NCBI GenBank assembly: GCA_041742965.1
Contig: JBGTNQ010000003.1
Location: 12,483 to 76,482, forward strand
Source: Minisyncoccia bacterium
GTDB taxonomy: Bacteria > Patescibacteriota > Minisyncoccia > Phycocordibacterales > Zambryskibacteraceae
Direction of reading: 5' to 3'
Length of the DNA: 64,000 nucleotides
The notes under the pieces were generated by a model that ran no database searches, had not been told where the DNA came from, and saw only the letters and a program-made list of their open reading frames with translations. Every line of letters starts with the position of its first letter. Positions within the stretch are counted from its first letter, which is position 1. The position numbers and the translations under genes were made by a program. Shown here in pieces: positions 1 to 11,200 of this stretch.

Positions 1-96
1 CGGTGCTTTGAAAAGCCACCCCACCGTCTTGGGCTCTGGGGTTACAGTATGTCCGTAATATTATAAAGTGTAATAGTCAGATTTAATTAAAATAAT

Positions 97-594
97 ATGA
101 AAAGAAAAAATTTTAGTGAGGGTTTCACATTAATTGAGCTTTTGGTCGTTATTGCAATTATCGGCATTCTCTCTAGTGTTGTGTTGGCAAGCTTGAATAC
201 CGCTAGAGCAAAGGGCGCTGATGCATCTATAAAAGCAAATCTAGCAGGCATTCGCCCTCAAGCAGAAATATTTTATGATACCAATAATCATTATGGTTCT
301 GACGTAATAGATGGGAGTTGTACCACGGCCGATAGCATTTTTCTTGACCCCAACATAACAGCGCAAATTGCTGGGGCGGTAACCTCTTCTTCTGGAGGGG
401 CTACACCAGCCACCTGCTATGCCGATGATGGAGATGACTCTGGCGTTGGTACAGCCGCATCTTCTTGGGCGGTTTCCGTACCTATGAAGACTGACCCAAA
501 TGATTCTTGGTGTGTAGACAGCACGGGCGTCTCTGCTATGGGTGTCGCTACAATTGATTCTACAACTGACTTGGCATACTGTGACCAGAGTTAA
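97..594 (+). CDS. Type IV pilin (major pilin-like)
   Basis: Class III signal peptide G|FTLIELLVVIAIIGIL; C-terminal WCVDS motif and Cys residues typical of CPR pilins. Confidence 0.9.
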   Translation: MKRKNFSEGFTLIELLVVIAIIGILSSVVLASLNTARAKGADASIKANLAGIRPQAEIFYDTNNHYGSDVIDGSCTTADSIFLDPNITAQIAGAVTSSSGGATPATCYADDGDDSGVGTAASSWAVSVPMKTDPNDSWCVDSTGVSAMGVATIDSTTDLAYCDQS

Positions 595-603
595 TTTCTC
601 TTA

Positions 604-643
604 AACAAAACGACTTAGAGAGTACTCTCTAAGTCGTTTTGTT
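604..643. terminator. Perfect 40-bp palindrome, probable intrinsic terminator after the pilin
   Basis: aacaaaacgacttagagagt|actctctaagtcgttttgtt. Confidence 0.75.
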
Positions 644-669
644 ATGCCCATTAGCGTATAATATTTTAT

Positions 670-1506
670 ATGGACGATTTAGTCTCTATTTTTGTTTTTA
701 TGTTCGGTGCGATTATCGGCAGTTTTCTTAATGTTGTTATCTTAAGATACAATACGGGAAAATCTTTAGCCGGTAGGTCTGGATGTTTTTCTTGCGGAAA
801 AAAGCTTCGTTGGTTTGAACTTATTCCTATATTCAGTTTTCTCCTTCTTCGTGGTAGGTGTGGCAACTGTCAATCCAAAATCTCTTGGCAGTATCCCATC
901 GTAGAGCTTTTGAGCGGTCTCCTGTTTGTTTTCTTTTGGCACTGGTTTAGTGTGGAGATCGGAGGGCTGGAGTCTCTATCTAAATTTGTGCTGTCCGTCA
1001 CCCTCTGGTCATCTCTTTTGATTATATTTTTCTATGATTTTAGGCATAAAATCATTCCAGATCTTTTTTCCTTCCTTTTTTCCTTTTGTGCACTGGCTCT
1101 TCTGACAATTAGTGTGTATTTCTATGGGTGGGGCATATTACCTAGCCATCTATTGGGAGCAATTTTGCTTTCTGGATTCTTTTTCGCCCTATGGTTTTTT
1201 TCAAATGGTCGATGGATGGGGTTTGGTGATGTAAAACTCGCTCTAGGTATTGGTCTCTATTTGGGTCTTTCTCAGGGTCTTTCTGCTTTAGCTTTTGCCT
1301 TTTGGATTGGTGCTGGTTTTGCAATTTTAAGGATAGTCGGCTCGAAATTGATTGTTCGTATGGGCATAAAGCGATTGAGTTCGGTTGGCGGAGGGCTTAC
1401 AATGAAGAGTGAGGTTCCGTTTGCTCCTTTTCTGATTATCGGCACATTCATCGCCCTCGTACTTCAAAGTGATGTGTTTCAAATAACTCTTTTTTTCAAT
1501 GTTTAA
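670..1506 (+). CDS. pilD: Prepilin peptidase (A24)
   Basis: GSFLNVVI, two CxxC motifs, GFGDVKL, PFAPFL. Confidence 0.95.
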   Translation: MDDLVSIFVFMFGAIIGSFLNVVILRYNTGKSLAGRSGCFSCGKKLRWFELIPIFSFLLLRGRCGNCQSKISWQYPIVELLSGLLFVFFWHWFSVEIGGLESLSKFVLSVTLWSSLLIIFFYDFRHKIIPDLFSFLFSFCALALLTISVYFYGWGILPSHLLGAILLSGFFFALWFFSNGRWMGFGDVKLALGIGLYLGLSQGLSALAFAFWIGAGFAILRIVGSKLIVRMGIKRLSSVGGGLTMKSEVPFAPFLIIGTFIALVLQSDVFQITLFFNV

Positions 1507-2146
1507 CTTGTTTTTTCAAAAGAAATCTTCTGGTCCAAAATCTCTAACGGGTTTTACCCTCATAGAACTTATGATTTCTGTGAGTATTATTGGGCTTATT
1601 ACCGCCATTGTAGTTTTTAACCAAGGAGATTTAAGTGACCAAATATCTCTGAATAATGTAGTCAATGAGATAGATCTTCAGGTTCGTGAAGCGCAGGTTT
1701 ATGGTATTAGTGTTAGAGAGAGAACACCCTCTTCCGGTGATTTTGATATATCTTATGGGGTAGATTTTAATATCTCAGGAATCAATAACCCGACCAATAC
1801 TGCTTTCTATACTTTCGCTGACAGGGGGGTGAAAAACGGATACTTTGATACATTTGGTACATGTTCTACTGCTGGAGAATGTATATTTAGACACCCTGTA
1901 TCTAGGGGCAACATTATCAGTCAGCTTTGTGTTATTACATCAACAGGGAGCGAAACTTGTGGTTTAGGAAGAGTTGCCATTACTTTTGTTAGACCGAGTC
2001 CATCTGCAAAGATAGTCTTTTTTAATAGCTCTGGGAGTCTAGTGACATATTCTGGCCACAGAGGTGTTCGTATCACCCTAACTTCTCCAAAAGGTAAGAC
2101 AAAGAGTATTGTTGTTTATACGACAGGCCAAGTATCAATTAATTAG
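1499..2146 (+). CDS. Minor pilin (FimT/GspH-like)
   Basis: GFTLIELMISVSII N-methylation motif; C-terminal TTGQVSI. Confidence 0.85.
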   Translation: MFNLFFQKKSSGPKSLTGFTLIELMISVSIIGLITAIVVFNQGDLSDQISLNNVVNEIDLQVREAQVYGISVRERTPSSGDFDISYGVDFNISGINNPTNTAFYTFADRGVKNGYFDTFGTCSTAGECIFRHPVSRGNIISQLCVITSTGSETCGLGRVAITFVRPSPSAKIVFFNSSGSLVTYSGHRGVRITLTSPKGKTKSIVVYTTGQVSIN

Positions 2147-2151
2147 ATGAT

Positions 2152-2778
2152 ATGAAATTTTATTACTTTTTTAATCTCATAAATAGACGAACCAAAAGAG
2201 GGGACAAACTCGGACAATCAAAAGGTTTTTCTCTTGTGGAGCTTTTGGTGGCGATAGCTATATTTGTGGTGATTTTAACATTTAGTATGGGCTCACTTTT
2301 GAGTGTTTTGGATGCTGGTAGAAAAGCGAGGTCTCTAAAATCAGTGATGACAAATTTGAACTTTACTCTTGAAATTATGTCTAGAGAGATAAAGTTCGGT
2401 AAAAATTATCGTTGTGGTGTAGCTACCAGCTTTCCTCCGGCACCACTTAACTGTACTGGTCAATCGTCCCCGGGGACTGCAATTAGCTTCGTCTCCAGTG
2501 AAGGGCAAAATATAATTTATAAAATTAATTCAGCTGGTAATGGTATAGAGAAATCTATAAACGGTGGGACCTCGTACTTAGCTGTTACCGCTCCTGAGGT
2601 GACTATTCAGGATTTAAGGTTTTATGTTTTTAATTCATATCCTCAGTCTGGGTCATCTCCAGATGACGCTCAACCAAGGGTCGTCATACTTATTAGGGGG
2701 TATGCCGGAGAGAAACCTTCTTTGCAGTCCAATTTCACCTTGCAAACTACGGTTTCTCAGAGAAGTCTTGATATATAA
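2152..2778 (+). CDS. Minor pilin (PilW-like)
   Basis: GFSLVELLVAIAIF; C-terminal LQTTVSQR. Confidence 0.85.
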   Translation: MKFYYFFNLINRRTKRGDKLGQSKGFSLVELLVAIAIFVVILTFSMGSLLSVLDAGRKARSLKSVMTNLNFTLEIMSREIKFGKNYRCGVATSFPPAPLNCTGQSSPGTAISFVSSEGQNIIYKINSAGNGIEKSINGGTSYLAVTAPEVTIQDLRFYVFNSYPQSGSSPDDAQPRVVILIRGYAGEKPSLQSNFTLQTTVSQRSLDI

Positions 2779-2782
2779 AAAT

Positions 2783-3334
2783 ATGAAATTCTTTTTTACA
2801 AAAACAAAAAATAAAATCAGTTCTTCTCGAGGATTCACCCTTTTGGAGGTTCTTATTGCTATAACTATTTTTATCTTTGCTCTTGTGGCTACCATGACCG
2901 CCGCTAGGAGTGGTCTGGCAAGTGCATACGAGTCTAGAGATCAGGTCATTGCTTTTTATCTGGCCCAAGAAGCAGTGGAGTTTATAAGAAATAAGAGAGA
3001 TACAAACAGTATTTTGAATACAGTTACTCCAACCAACTGGCTTAGTGGCGTCTCTAATCTTTCTAGTGATCCATGTTACCCCGGTAAAGTGTGTCTCATT
3101 GATGTTGTGGCGAACCAGATTACTGCCTGCGCCTCGCCAACCACCTGTCCAAACCTAAGACAAGATGTAAATACAAAAATGTACGGCTACGATTCTTCTT
3201 GGTCTTTAAATCAGTTTAAGAGAGAGGTTAGGGTGCAAAATATTAATGCTGACGAGGTGTCTATGACCGTTCTTATTACTTGGCCAAAGGGAAGTTTTGA
3301 AGTCAAAGAGATAATTTTAAATTGGCAAACTTAA
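2783..3334 (+). CDS. Minor pilin (PilV-like)
   Basis: GFTLLEVLIAITIF, AFYLAQEAVE; start moved to ATG 2783 after the upstream stop. Confidence 0.85.
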   Translation: MKFFFTKTKNKISSSRGFTLLEVLIAITIFIFALVATMTAARSGLASAYESRDQVIAFYLAQEAVEFIRNKRDTNSILNTVTPTNWLSGVSNLSSDPCYPGKVCLIDVVANQITACASPTTCPNLRQDVNTKMYGYDSSWSLNQFKREVRVQNINADEVSMTVLITWPKGSFEVKEIILNWQT

Positions 3335-3840
3335 TGAAAAACAAAAGATTTAAAATTAAAGACAGTTCACGGGGTATTGCTTTATACATTGCTATTACTA
3401 TCACTGGAGCATTGGTCTTGGTAAGTTTTGCCGTTGTAAATTTAGCCATTAGACAGATAAACATATCCTCAGCGGGGAGAGACTCACAGACCGCTTTTTA
3501 TGCGGCTGATAGCGGTGCTGAATGCGCCCTATTTTGGGATGTGAAGAACCCTTCAGGGCAGACAGCTTTTTCAACCACTACACCACAGACAACACTTTCT
3601 TGTAATGCTGACGCATCAAATCCCCTAAATGCCACTATTTCTATAAACAGAACATCTAATGGACCATATGCTACTTCAACTTTTAATATCACCTTTCTTC
3701 CCAGAACTTATTGCGCCACGGTAACTGTTGCAAAGAACTACTCTAGTGGTGTTCGGACAACCATAGAATCAAAGGGGTATAATACCTGTGCGTCAGGCGC
3801 CCTAAGGCGCGTAGAGAGGGCCATAAGAGTAGATTACTAA
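3334..3840 (+). CDS. Minor pilin (PilX-like)
   Basis: RG|IAL hydrophobic helix lacking Glu5; AFYAADSGAEC. Confidence 0.8.
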   Translation: MKNKRFKIKDSSRGIALYIAITITGALVLVSFAVVNLAIRQINISSAGRDSQTAFYAADSGAECALFWDVKNPSGQTAFSTTTPQTTLSCNADASNPLNATISINRTSNGPYATSTFNITFLPRTYCATVTVAKNYSSGVRTTIESKGYNTCASGALRRVERAIRVDY

Positions 3841-5898
<2,058 letters not shown>

Positions 5899-5933
5899 AA
5901 GTCTAAAAAAGTGATAATATTAGTGCTAATTAT

Positions 5934-6227
5934 ATGATTACCCCAGAAGACATAGACAAGCTTTCTAATCTATCTAGAATCGAGGTTTCCGAAGAAGAGA
6001 AAATTTCTTTCTCGAAGGAAATTGATTCCATTTTAGAATATGTGGGTCAGATATCAGAGTTGGCGAGTGAGTCAGGTGAAACAGAGCAAACCTCCTCTGT
6101 CAGGAATGTTTTTCGTCAGGATGAAAATCCACACGAAAGCGGTTTGTACACGGAGACTCTATTGAAGGAAGCTCCTGATAGTCAGGATGGCTTTGTGAAG
6201 GTTAAAAAAATTTTGTCACATGATTGA
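5934..6227 (+). CDS. gatC: Asp/Glu-tRNA amidotransferase subunit C
   Basis: LSRIEV...ILEYV...NVFRQD; overlaps gatA start. Confidence 0.92.
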   Translation: MITPEDIDKLSNLSRIEVSEEEKISFSKEIDSILEYVGQISELASESGETEQTSSVRNVFRQDENPHESGLYTETLLKEAPDSQDGFVKVKKILSHD

Positions 6228-7635
6228 TTTAAATAATCTTTCAATAAAAAGAGCAAAAGATTCTTTTGAAAAAGGTGAGTATAGTCCCTCTGAATTGGTG
6301 TCAGAGTATTTAAATGTAATAGAGGAAAAAAATCCACAGATAAATGCTTATTTAGAAGTTTTTAGAGACGATGCATTGTCACAGGCAAAAGAAGCTGAGA
6401 AAAAAATAAAAGACGGAACTAGTGGAAAACTTTCAGGCATTCCTTTGGCTGTTAAAGATAATATTTTGATAGAAGGCAAGATTGCTAGTGCTTCTTCAAA
6501 AATACTTTCTTCATTCACGGCTCCCTATAATGCTACAGCCATCGAGAGGTTGAAAAAAGAAGGAGCTATTTTTCTCGGTAGGACAAATATGGATGAATTT
6601 GCGATGGGTAGTTCTACAGAAAATTCTGCATATGGACCGACAAAAAATCCACTTGATGAATCGCGCGTCCCTGGTGGTTCTTCTGGCGGTTCTGCCGCTG
6701 CAGTAGCTATGAATGGGGCTCTTGCCGGTTTGGGCACTGATACTGGTGGTTCCGTGAGACAGCCGGCTAGTTTTTGTGGGAAGGTAGGATTTAAGCCAAC
6801 TTATGGAGCCATATCAAGGTATGGCCTTATAGCTATGGGTAGTTCATTAGACCAATTGGGGACAATCACAAATACAGTGGATGATGCAGAGAAACTTTTT
6901 TCTATTATGAAGGGAAAAGATCCGATGGACAGCACTTCGTATTATCCAGAAGAAAAGAAGGCCAAAGACGGTGCTTTAACCATAGGCATACCCAGAGAAC
7001 TGTTTGACGGACTGAGTAAGGATGTACTTGAAAATGTCGAGTCGGCCATAAATAAGTTTCGGGATTTGGGATATAAAATTCTAGATATTGAATTACCGAG
7101 TGCTAAAAACGCCCTAGCTGTCTATTATATTTTGATGCCGGCTGAAGTCTCATCCAATCTTGCAAGGTTTGACGGTGTAAAGTATGGGCTTCACAAGGAA
7201 GGAGAAGATCTTTTGGATGAATATCTAAAGACTAGGGGCGAAGGTTTTGGCAAAGAAGTTCGGAGGCGTATTATGCTTGGAACATATGTGCTTTCTGCTG
7301 GGTACAGCGATGCCTACTATAGGAAAGCACTTTCTGTACAGAAGTTGATACAAAAAGAGTATGAAAAATCTTTTGAAAAAGTAGATTTAGTATTGACTCC
7401 CACTACTCCTACACCGGCCTTCTCCATAGGAGAGAAGACTAGTGATCCTTTGCAAATGTATTTGGCAGATGTTTTCACTGTACCTGCAAATATTTCTGGG
7501 AATCCTTCAATATCACTTCCAAATGGAACAGTTCCTTGTGGAGAGAAGAGTCTTCCTTTGGGTGTACAATTAATATCGTCAAATTACGCTGAAGATACTC
7601 TTTTTAGAGCAGGAAAAGATTTCTTGGGAGAATAA
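6220..7635 (+). CDS. gatA: Asp/Glu-tRNA amidotransferase subunit A
   Basis: Amidase signature GGSSGGSAAAVA, DTGGSVRQPA, RRIMLGTYVLS. Confidence 0.97.
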   Translation: MIDLNNLSIKRAKDSFEKGEYSPSELVSEYLNVIEEKNPQINAYLEVFRDDALSQAKEAEKKIKDGTSGKLSGIPLAVKDNILIEGKIASASSKILSSFTAPYNATAIERLKKEGAIFLGRTNMDEFAMGSSTENSAYGPTKNPLDESRVPGGSSGGSAAAVAMNGALAGLGTDTGGSVRQPASFCGKVGFKPTYGAISRYGLIAMGSSLDQLGTITNTVDDAEKLFSIMKGKDPMDSTSYYPEEKKAKDGALTIGIPRELFDGLSKDVLENVESAINKFRDLGYKILDIELPSAKNALAVYYILMPAEVSSNLARFDGVKYGLHKEGEDLLDEYLKTRGEGFGKEVRRRIMLGTYVLSAGYSDAYYRKALSVQKLIQKEYEKSFEKVDLVLTPTTPTPAFSIGEKTSDPLQMYLADVFTVPANISGNPSISLPNGTVPCGEKSLPLGVQLISSNYAEDTLFRAGKDFLGE

Positions 7636-7648
7636 TTTAATATATTTT

Positions 7649-8305
7649 ATGGCAGACCCCAAAAAGGACGCAAAACCACCAAAACCACAACCAGTTGAGA
7701 GTCTGATAGGTATAATCTTTGTCTTGATGTTACTCGGCGCCCTTGTCACTAGGATTTTTTCTTTTATTGACGAAGAGCCGGGGGTATCTGAGTTTTTCTC
7801 TCCATCTCGTTTTGGTGATTATTTCAGCCGTCAGTTCTTACCAACCCTACTCGTAATCTCTTATGTATTGTGCTCATTTTTTATATTTGGAATTGTTTGG
7901 TCAATAATGAAGTTAAGAGAAATAAATAAGGAGGTGAATGAGATTTATAAAGAACCGGTTATATTATCGGAAGGAAATTTGGATGATGAAAAAAGTCGCA
8001 GATGGGATAGGGTTGTGTCCCACTTAAATTCTCTAAGCGAAAATGATTGGAAATTTGCAATTATTGAAGCAGATATTATGCTCGGTGATTTGTTGGACAC
8101 CTTGGGATATAGGGGAGACACCATGGCGGACAAGTTAAAAGCAGTAGAGCCTAGTGATTTTATTACCATAGAGTCGGCTTGGGAGGCTCACAAAATTCGC
8201 AATGCCATTGCTCATGAAGGAGCAGATTTTGTTTTATCCGAAAGAGAAGCTAGAAGGATTATCGATCTCTATCGAGCTGTATTCAAAGAATTCGGAGTGA
8301 TTTAG
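7649..8305 (+). CDS. Conserved hypothetical membrane protein
   Basis: Two TM segments; AIIEAD...AWEAHKIRNAIAH soluble domain. Confidence 0.75.
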   Translation: MADPKKDAKPPKPQPVESLIGIIFVLMLLGALVTRIFSFIDEEPGVSEFFSPSRFGDYFSRQFLPTLLVISYVLCSFFIFGIVWSIMKLREINKEVNEIYKEPVILSEGNLDDEKSRRWDRVVSHLNSLSENDWKFAIIEADIMLGDLLDTLGYRGDTMADKLKAVEPSDFITIESAWEAHKIRNAIAHEGADFVLSEREARRIIDLYRAVFKEFGVI

Positions 8306-8367
8306 GTTGCACCGAGGCTCTATTTGGGTATAATGTGCCACACAGGCTGTGTTCGGCCAATCAGATG

Positions 8368-8580
8368 GCGGGTTGCCGTACGCACCTGATCATTACAAAA
8401 GTAGAGTATGGTCAATATAGCGGGTTGGAGGAGTAGTACCTCGCAAGGGGACAAAGACTCATAACCTGCACAGGTTAAGTTAATTAAGTGTATATTTAGA
8501 CATAGCGGGTTGCCGTACGTACCTGATCATTACAAAAGTAGAGTATGGTCAATATAGCGGGTTGGAGGAGTAGTACCTCG
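8368..8580 (+). repeat. 76-bp direct repeat (8368-8443 / 8505-8580, period 137) including the 5' part of tRNA-fMet
   Basis: gcgggttgccgtacgYacctgatcattac...gagtagtacctcg, one mismatch. Confidence 0.9.
8419..8468 (+). pseudogene. Degenerate partial copy of tRNA-fMet
   Basis: 5' acceptor and D-arm identical to 8556; disrupted anticodon stem still has ctcataacctg; no T-arm. Confidence 0.6.
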
Positions 8581-8626
8581 ACAGGCTCATAACCTGTAGG
8601 CATCAGTGCAATTCTGATACCCGCAA
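8556..8626 (+). tRNA. tRNA-Met(CAT), initiator-like
   Basis: Cloverleaf with 1:72 mismatch (A/A), anticodon arm acagg-ctCATaa-cctgt, atypical T-loop tgcaatt. Confidence 0.85.
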
Positions 8627-8630
8627 CAAG

Positions 8631-8668
8631 TATGAAAATAATCCTGCCTTTGCAGGATTATTTTCATA
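8631..8668. terminator. Hairpin after tRNA-fMet
   Basis: tatgaaaataatcctgc-cttt-gcaggattattttcata. Confidence 0.6.
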
Positions 8669-8697
8669 AGGTATATTTGATGGGTTCGGTATTTCTT

Positions 8698-8770
8698 GAC
8701 GGGGTAGCTCAGTTGGTAGAGCACAGGACTCATAAGCCTGGGGTCGTGGGTTCAATCCCCACCTCCGTCA
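8698..8770 (+). tRNA. tRNA-Met(CAT) elongator (Ile2 not excluded)
   Basis: Canonical cloverleaf, gacgggg/ctccgtc acceptor, ctCATaa loop. Confidence 0.92.
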
Positions 8771-8866
8771 CCGGCAATAAATCTGCATCTATGCGGGTTG
8801 ATATAAGTAATTTGCATGGGTGTTTTATTGCCTCTAGGTGTTGAATCTGTTAGTTTATATCGTATT

Positions 8867-8941
8867 GCGGGCGTAGCTCAATTTGGTTAGAGCACTCCCC
8901 TGTCACGGGAGAGGTTGCCGGTTCAAGTCCGGTCGCCCGCG
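8867..8941 (+). tRNA. tRNA-Asp(GTC)
   Basis: gcgggcg/cgcccgc acceptor, ctGTCac loop, ttcaagt T-loop. Confidence 0.96.
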
Positions 8942-9136
8942 CATAAAACAAACTGTCCCGGACGCGAAAGCGTTCGGGCAGTATTGTTTTACAGTGACGC
9001 CGGACTTGAAAGACGGAGGCCGCGAAGCCGTCCTGAGCTTTGCGAAGGGCGTGGCCGAGTCCGGGCAGGAGCCACTTATGACCCCGCTATGGCGGGGGAA
9101 TTAGTGAGCTGACGCCAAGTCCGGTCGCCCGCGCAT
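8939..9136 (+). repeat. tRNA-Asp-tail element, copy 1 (196-bp repeat)
   Basis: Identical to 10934-11129 except one base; ends in a 21-bp direct repeat of the tRNA 3' end (8924-8944 = 9116-9136). Confidence 0.92.
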
Positions 9137-9214
9137 CGAGAAAAACAGGGCTAAAAACATAGCTCTGTTTTTTATACTGACGGGATTTTGGAACCGGTGA
9201 TATACTTTTGGTGT

Positions 9215-9889
9215 ATGGAAATAAAACAATATGACTGTTTTGAAGGCGAGAGCGTAGATTTAACACAGGCAGAAGCTGTATTAAGGGAAAAACCTGATGT
9301 TATTATTCTCGAAGCACCTGCAGATAGTGAAAAGGACCCTTCTACAATCTTTAATAACTATGAAGTATATGAAAAACCAATTGAGATGGTCCTTGAATAT
9401 CAGAAGAATTTAAGAGAATCCTCAAGTAAATTTAAATGGGTTGAGTCAGATATATTCCTGTATGAAAACATTGTTAAGTTATGGAAGGAAGGGCATAACG
9501 TAGACATTTATAGAGTCGATGCGCCTGCAGAATTGTTGAAATTATCAACGGACTCCACCTGGCCGGGTTATAGAATGACTGAACCTCTTAGGAAGGGGGT
9601 GGAGTTTAAGTGGTGGGTTTACGTCTATATAAGGGAAACAATAATGACTAAAAATATCAGATTTATTTTAGAAGTTCCTCGCTATTCAGATAGAAAGATA
9701 TTGATTTTTTTGCAAAAATTTCACTGGGACAATGTTAGGTTTAGATTAGAAAATAACGAGGATGACATATTTAGCTATTATTTCTCAGATTTCAAGGATG
9801 TCAATAAAATTAATATAAACGATAAGGTGCAGGAATTAGAAAACGACATTCTCTACAAATATTGGAATAAGGTGAAAGGTCTAAGTTAA
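9215..9889 (+). CDS. Hypothetical protein, paralog of 49070-49738
   Basis: Shared motifs KPDxIxxEAP, WVxSDIxxYxNI, FLQKFHW; start at ATG 9215 just after TGATATACT. Confidence 0.8.
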   Translation: MEIKQYDCFEGESVDLTQAEAVLREKPDVIILEAPADSEKDPSTIFNNYEVYEKPIEMVLEYQKNLRESSSKFKWVESDIFLYENIVKLWKEGHNVDIYRVDAPAELLKLSTDSTWPGYRMTEPLRKGVEFKWWVYVYIRETIMTKNIRFILEVPRYSDRKILIFLQKFHWDNVRFRLENNEDDIFSYYFSDFKDVNKININDKVQELENDILYKYWNKVKGLS

Positions 9890-10032
9890 TTTTAAGTTCT
9901 GGTAACTTTTATTGACATGTATAAAAAATGTAGTCTGAAGTTGTATTGCATTGGTAAAAACAGAGCTAAAAATATAGCCCCGTTTTTCATACTGTAGTGA
10001 TTTTTTGGTTCTAACGGGGTATACTTTTTTGT

Positions 10033-10482
10033 ATGACCATCCCCACTCACATTCTTCTCGGTGCCATTATTGGGAAAGTTACAGGGAATTATGCACTGGC
10101 AATTGGAGCGTCTGTTATTCCCGACATTGACCACTTTGGCTCATATATAAAAAGTGGGGTTATAAAAAAGCCGAAAGTTTTTTGGGACACAATCACTAGT
10201 GCAGACGACCCTCACGGAGACCAGAGAGGTATACTGCACAATTTATTTTTCTTTCTAATTATTTCTGCTCTGTTTTATATTTTTTTACCCAAAATCGCTC
10301 TTGTCTTGGTTTTGGGATGGTTTGGGCACATTATTTTAGATGCCCTAGATAAGTCAGATTACTGGCCGTTCTACCCTAACAAAAGTGTCAACATACGAGG
10401 GCTCATCAAATATGCTTCTGCTCAAGAGCTCATGTTCTTTCTGGCTCTATTAATTATATTTATAACCCTGTTCTTCTTATAG
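10033..10482 (+). CDS. Membrane-bound metal-dependent hydrolase (YdjM-like)
   Basis: TH...PDIDH...RGILH...GHIILDAL motif set. Confidence 0.85.
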   Translation: MTIPTHILLGAIIGKVTGNYALAIGASVIPDIDHFGSYIKSGVIKKPKVFWDTITSADDPHGDQRGILHNLFFFLIISALFYIFLPKIALVLVLGWFGHIILDALDKSDYWPFYPNKSVNIRGLIKYASAQELMFFLALLIIFITLFFL

Positions 10483-10515
10483 GAGGCATTTTAGAACCAG
10501 TGGTATACTTTTAAA

Positions 10516-10908
10516 ATGGACTCTACCAATGAATTTTCTTTTATATTAAAACCCTCAGAGCATGGGGTTGGAGTTTTTGCCACGCAGGATATTAAACAAG
10601 GAACACACCTGAGATTATTTGGGGATAATGAAGTGGTTAATTTGAAAGCATTAGAAAGAGAGAAAGAATCTGTTCCCGAGTTTTATCAAGAACATTGTTT
10701 AAATAGGGGAGACAAACTTATTTGTCCTCAAGATTTTGGACACATGCACATTGGTTGGTATTTAAATCACTCTAATAATTACAACGCTATTCCTGATGAA
10801 GTATATGAATGGTATGCATCAAGAGATATAAAATCTGGAGAGGAGATTCTTGTTGACTACAATACACTTGATGAACCAGACGAGTCTAAAGCTGATTACT
10901 ACAAATAA
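10516..10908 (+). CDS. SET-domain protein
   Basis: HGVGVFA, YLNHS, GEEILVDY. Confidence 0.9.
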   Translation: MDSTNEFSFILKPSEHGVGVFATQDIKQGTHLRLFGDNEVVNLKALEREKESVPEFYQEHCLNRGDKLICPQDFGHMHIGWYLNHSNNYNAIPDEVYEWYASRDIKSGEEILVDYNTLDEPDESKADYYK

Positions 10909-10933
10909 TAGTTCTAACCTCCTCCACCAAGTT

Positions 10934-11129
10934 GCGCATAAAACAAACTGTCCCGGACGCGAAAGCGTTCGGGCAGTATTGTTTTACAGTGACGCCGGAC
11001 TTGAAAGACGGAGGCCGCGAAGCCGTCCTGAGCTTTGCGAAGGGCGAGGCCGAGTCCGGGCAGGAGCCACTTATGACCCCGCTATGGCGGGGGAATTAGT
11101 GAGCTGACGCCAAGTCCGGTCGCCCGCGC
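10934..11129 (+). repeat. tRNA-Asp-tail element, copy 2
   Basis: 195/196 identical to 8939-9134; ends caagtccggtcgcccgcgc. Confidence 0.92.
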
Positions 11130-11200
11130 TGATGAGATTTTCACCATTAAATCCTTTAACCATAAGGATTTTTTGGTTCTAACCTGGTATTATTTTAGGT

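Noticed and set aside
5934-7635. gatCA without adjacent gatB
   Set aside because: Split gat operons are common; gatB may lie outside the window
8632-9112. ORFs 8632-8844, 8883-9104, 8915-9112 and 10850-11107
   Set aside because: They overlap tRNA genes or the GC-rich repeat element; the shared peptide just reflects the DNA repeat
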